64,000 nucleotides of DNA, from the NCBI GenBank assembly GCA_937958015.1, contig CALGOA010000185.1, forward strand, positions 938 to 64,937, written 5' to 3'. Source of the DNA: an uncultured Acidimicrobiales bacterium. GTDB taxonomy: Bacteria > Actinomycetota > Acidimicrobiia > Acidimicrobiales > SZUA-35. Positions 62,343-64,000 of this stretch are shown here, piece after piece. The notes below the pieces were generated by a model. It made no database searches. It was given only the letters and a program-made list of their open reading frames with translations, and had not been told where the DNA came from. The position numbers and the translations under genes are program-made. The stretch's first letter is position 1. Each line of letters starts with the position of its first letter.

Positions 62343-63572
62343 ATGAATGACAACGTTCGACGGCGCAGGGAGGACGACGAGAAACTGATTCCCGGTTGGG
62401 GACTCGCCGCCGATTGGCAGATCATTGTGCTTGGACTCATCGTGGTCGCTGCTGTGCTCGGTTCAACCTTGGTGTGGCCGGCCCTGTTCGGCGGCGACGA
62501 CTCGACCGTTGAGGGGGTTCTGCCCGATTTGGATACCTCCTCCGAAGAGGTCATCGAGGACTCCGATGCCGAATCGGTCTCGCCGGTGACCACGACCACC
62601 CAGACCGAAACAACCGTCGCCCCCGATGTAGAGGTAGACCTGACCCCCGACGTCGCAGCCGCAGTAAGCGGCTTTGCCGGAATCACCGGATTTGCCAACG
62701 GTTCGATCGCCACCCTCGAAGGATTCGTCGGGACCACCGCCGAGTCGGTGCAGGCCGAGAACGAGGCCCTCGCCGTCGACGGGATCACCGGAATCGACAA
62801 CCGCCTGATCGTGCTTGAACAGAGCGTCCTCGACGCCGCCAACGGCGCCGATGCCGGAGTGAGCGACGCCTCGGTCGTCATGAACGGCACCAGCGCCACC
62901 CTGCGCGGTCTGGTGAGCAACGATCTCGACGCTGCCAGCGCAATCGCCGCGGCCGAAGCTGTCGAAGGTGTCTCTCCCCCGGTCATCAATGAGTTGCGGA
63001 TCCTCCAACCGCTGGTCGACGAGGCAGTCTCGGGCCTCAACGTGGTCGAAGGTGGCGAGTCTGTAGTGGAAACCGACCCGGCGGCCAGCCCGATCAGTCG
63101 GGTTGTCACCCTTACCGGATCGGTGGGTTCCGAGGAAGATTCGGCCGCCGCCGAGGCTGCTGCCCGGTCGGTCGAGGGTGTGACCGAGGTCGTCAACCTG
63201 CTCGAGGTCGTTGGGCCAACCGACGAGGACATCACGACCGAACTCAATCAGTTGTTCGATCTAGAGCCGATCCAGTTCCGCTCCGGATCCGACGAAATCC
63301 TCGCCGAGAGTCTGCCTACGTTGGACTCCGCGGTCCGGATCCTCCGGGAAGCGGCCGCCGACATCCGCCTCGAGGTCCAGGGTTACACCGACACCAGCGG
63401 TGGCGATCAGGCCAACCAACGGTTGAGTGAACGACGCGCCGCGGCTGTTCGTGACTACCTGGTCGAGGGTGGTGTGAACGCAGATGCGCTCACCTCCAGG
63501 GGCTTTGGTGAGACCACCCAGTTCGGAACCGAACTCGCGGACAACCGTCGAGTGCGGTTCGCTCTGCTGTAG
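62343..63572 (+). CDS. membrane-anchored BON-repeat protein with C-terminal OmpA-like domain
   Basis: One N-terminal TM, an acidic linker and three BON-like units (GITGIDNRLIVLE, VEGVSPPVINELRILQ, VEGVTEVVNLLEVV). OmpA_C motif: IQFRSGSDEI...VQGYTDTSGGDQANQRLSERRAAAVRDYL. Confidence 0.8.
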   Translation: MNDNVRRRREDDEKLIPGWGLAADWQIIVLGLIVVAAVLGSTLVWPALFGGDDSTVEGVLPDLDTSSEEVIEDSDAESVSPVTTTTQTETTVAPDVEVDLTPDVAAAVSGFAGITGFANGSIATLEGFVGTTAESVQAENEALAVDGITGIDNRLIVLEQSVLDAANGADAGVSDASVVMNGTSATLRGLVSNDLDAASAIAAAEAVEGVSPPVINELRILQPLVDEAVSGLNVVEGGESVVETDPAASPISRVVTLTGSVGSEEDSAAAEAAARSVEGVTEVVNLLEVVGPTDEDITTELNQLFDLEPIQFRSGSDEILAESLPTLDSAVRILREAAADIRLEVQGYTDTSGGDQANQRLSERRAAAVRDYLVEGGVNADALTSRGFGETTQFGTELADNRRVRFALL

Positions 63573-63670
63573 CGGGCACGTTCACCCGGCGTTCGGGGTT
63601 GGTGTCCCCCGGGACCGTTGAAATCGTTTCCACATCACCGCCGCCACCGTGGCGTCGGTGAAGGGAAACC

Positions 63671-64000
63671 ATGACAGTTACTGCGCGGCGAACCATCGCC
63701 GCATCGCTCCTGATGGTGGTGGCGAGTATCGCCGGAATCACCCCTGCCTCGGCGGCCGGAGACAGACCCACTCGGCCACAAGACATGGTCGCCTTCGTTT
63801 CCGGCGGCGGCGTAAACGTCAGCTGGAAGGCATCCTCGGACCAGCAGGGGGTGAAGGGGCACAACGTCTACCGCAACGGGTTCTTCCTGGCCTCAACATC
63901 GCGCACCAGTTTCCGTGACTCGCAGGGCCGATCGGGCTACCGCTACTACGTGATCGCCTACGACCGCGGTACTCCGGTGTCGTTCAGCCCCCGTTCCCAG
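63671..64000 (+). CDS. secreted protein, N-terminal fragment with FN3-like domain (gene runs off the window end)
   Basis: The frame is open from ATG 63671 to the window end: MTVTARRTIAASLLMVVASIAGITPASAAG (signal peptide), then VSWKASSDQQGVKGHNVYRNGFFLASTSRTSFRD...YRYYVIAYD. It is absent from the track because there is no stop in the window. Confidence 0.6.
   Translation, partial: MTVTARRTIAASLLMVVASIAGITPASAAGDRPTRPQDMVAFVSGGGVNVSWKASSDQQGVKGHNVYRNGFFLASTSRTSFRDSQGRSGYRYYVIAYDRGTPVSFSPRSQ

Noticed and set aside
1-64000. CRISPR arrays, rRNA genes, IS elements/transposases
   Set aside because: No regularly spaced short direct repeats, no rRNA-like conserved stretches, and no transposase- or integrase-like translations were seen. 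The only regular repeat is the intragenic 606-nt duplication in the Spondin_N-like gene, and that is coding.

Overview
This is a GC-rich, densely coding chromosomal segment with about 70 genes on both strands. The gene content looks actinobacterial: a DUF3068/PorA-like protein, a DUF222-HNH protein, a DUF501-Ppx pair, LLM and PPOX-type enzymes, a LigB-type ATP ligase, and many ATGA/GTGA-coupled starts. Housekeeping genes (nth, engB, rpe, clpP, rdgB, rph, ATP-dependent DNA ligase, maf, an RNA methyltransferase, two tRNAs) are interleaved with accessory blocks. These blocks are: a tandem catechol-2,3-dioxygenase / hydratase / IclR meta-cleavage fragment; an ArsR-permease pair with an AT-rich operator palindrome; an ECF sigma with an atypical anti-sigma partner, next to a BtrH-like fusion protein; a hybrid histidine kinase flanked by two response regulators; several secreted or lipoprotein glycan-related proteins (GH16, GH57, beta-helix, CAP, Spondin_N-like); and a molybdoenzyme-maturation gene chain with no catalytic subunits. 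The most unusual observation is a redoxin (AhpC/TSA-like) gene at 12188-12670. Its active-site Cys codon is an in-frame TGA followed by a SECIS-like hairpin, so it is a candidate unannotated selenoprotein. No CRISPR array, rRNA, transposase or integrase was recognised. All calls come from reading translations and motifs by eye, and no database search was possible. Start codons are often uncertain because the ORF track reports the longest possible ORF, including GTG/TTG starts.
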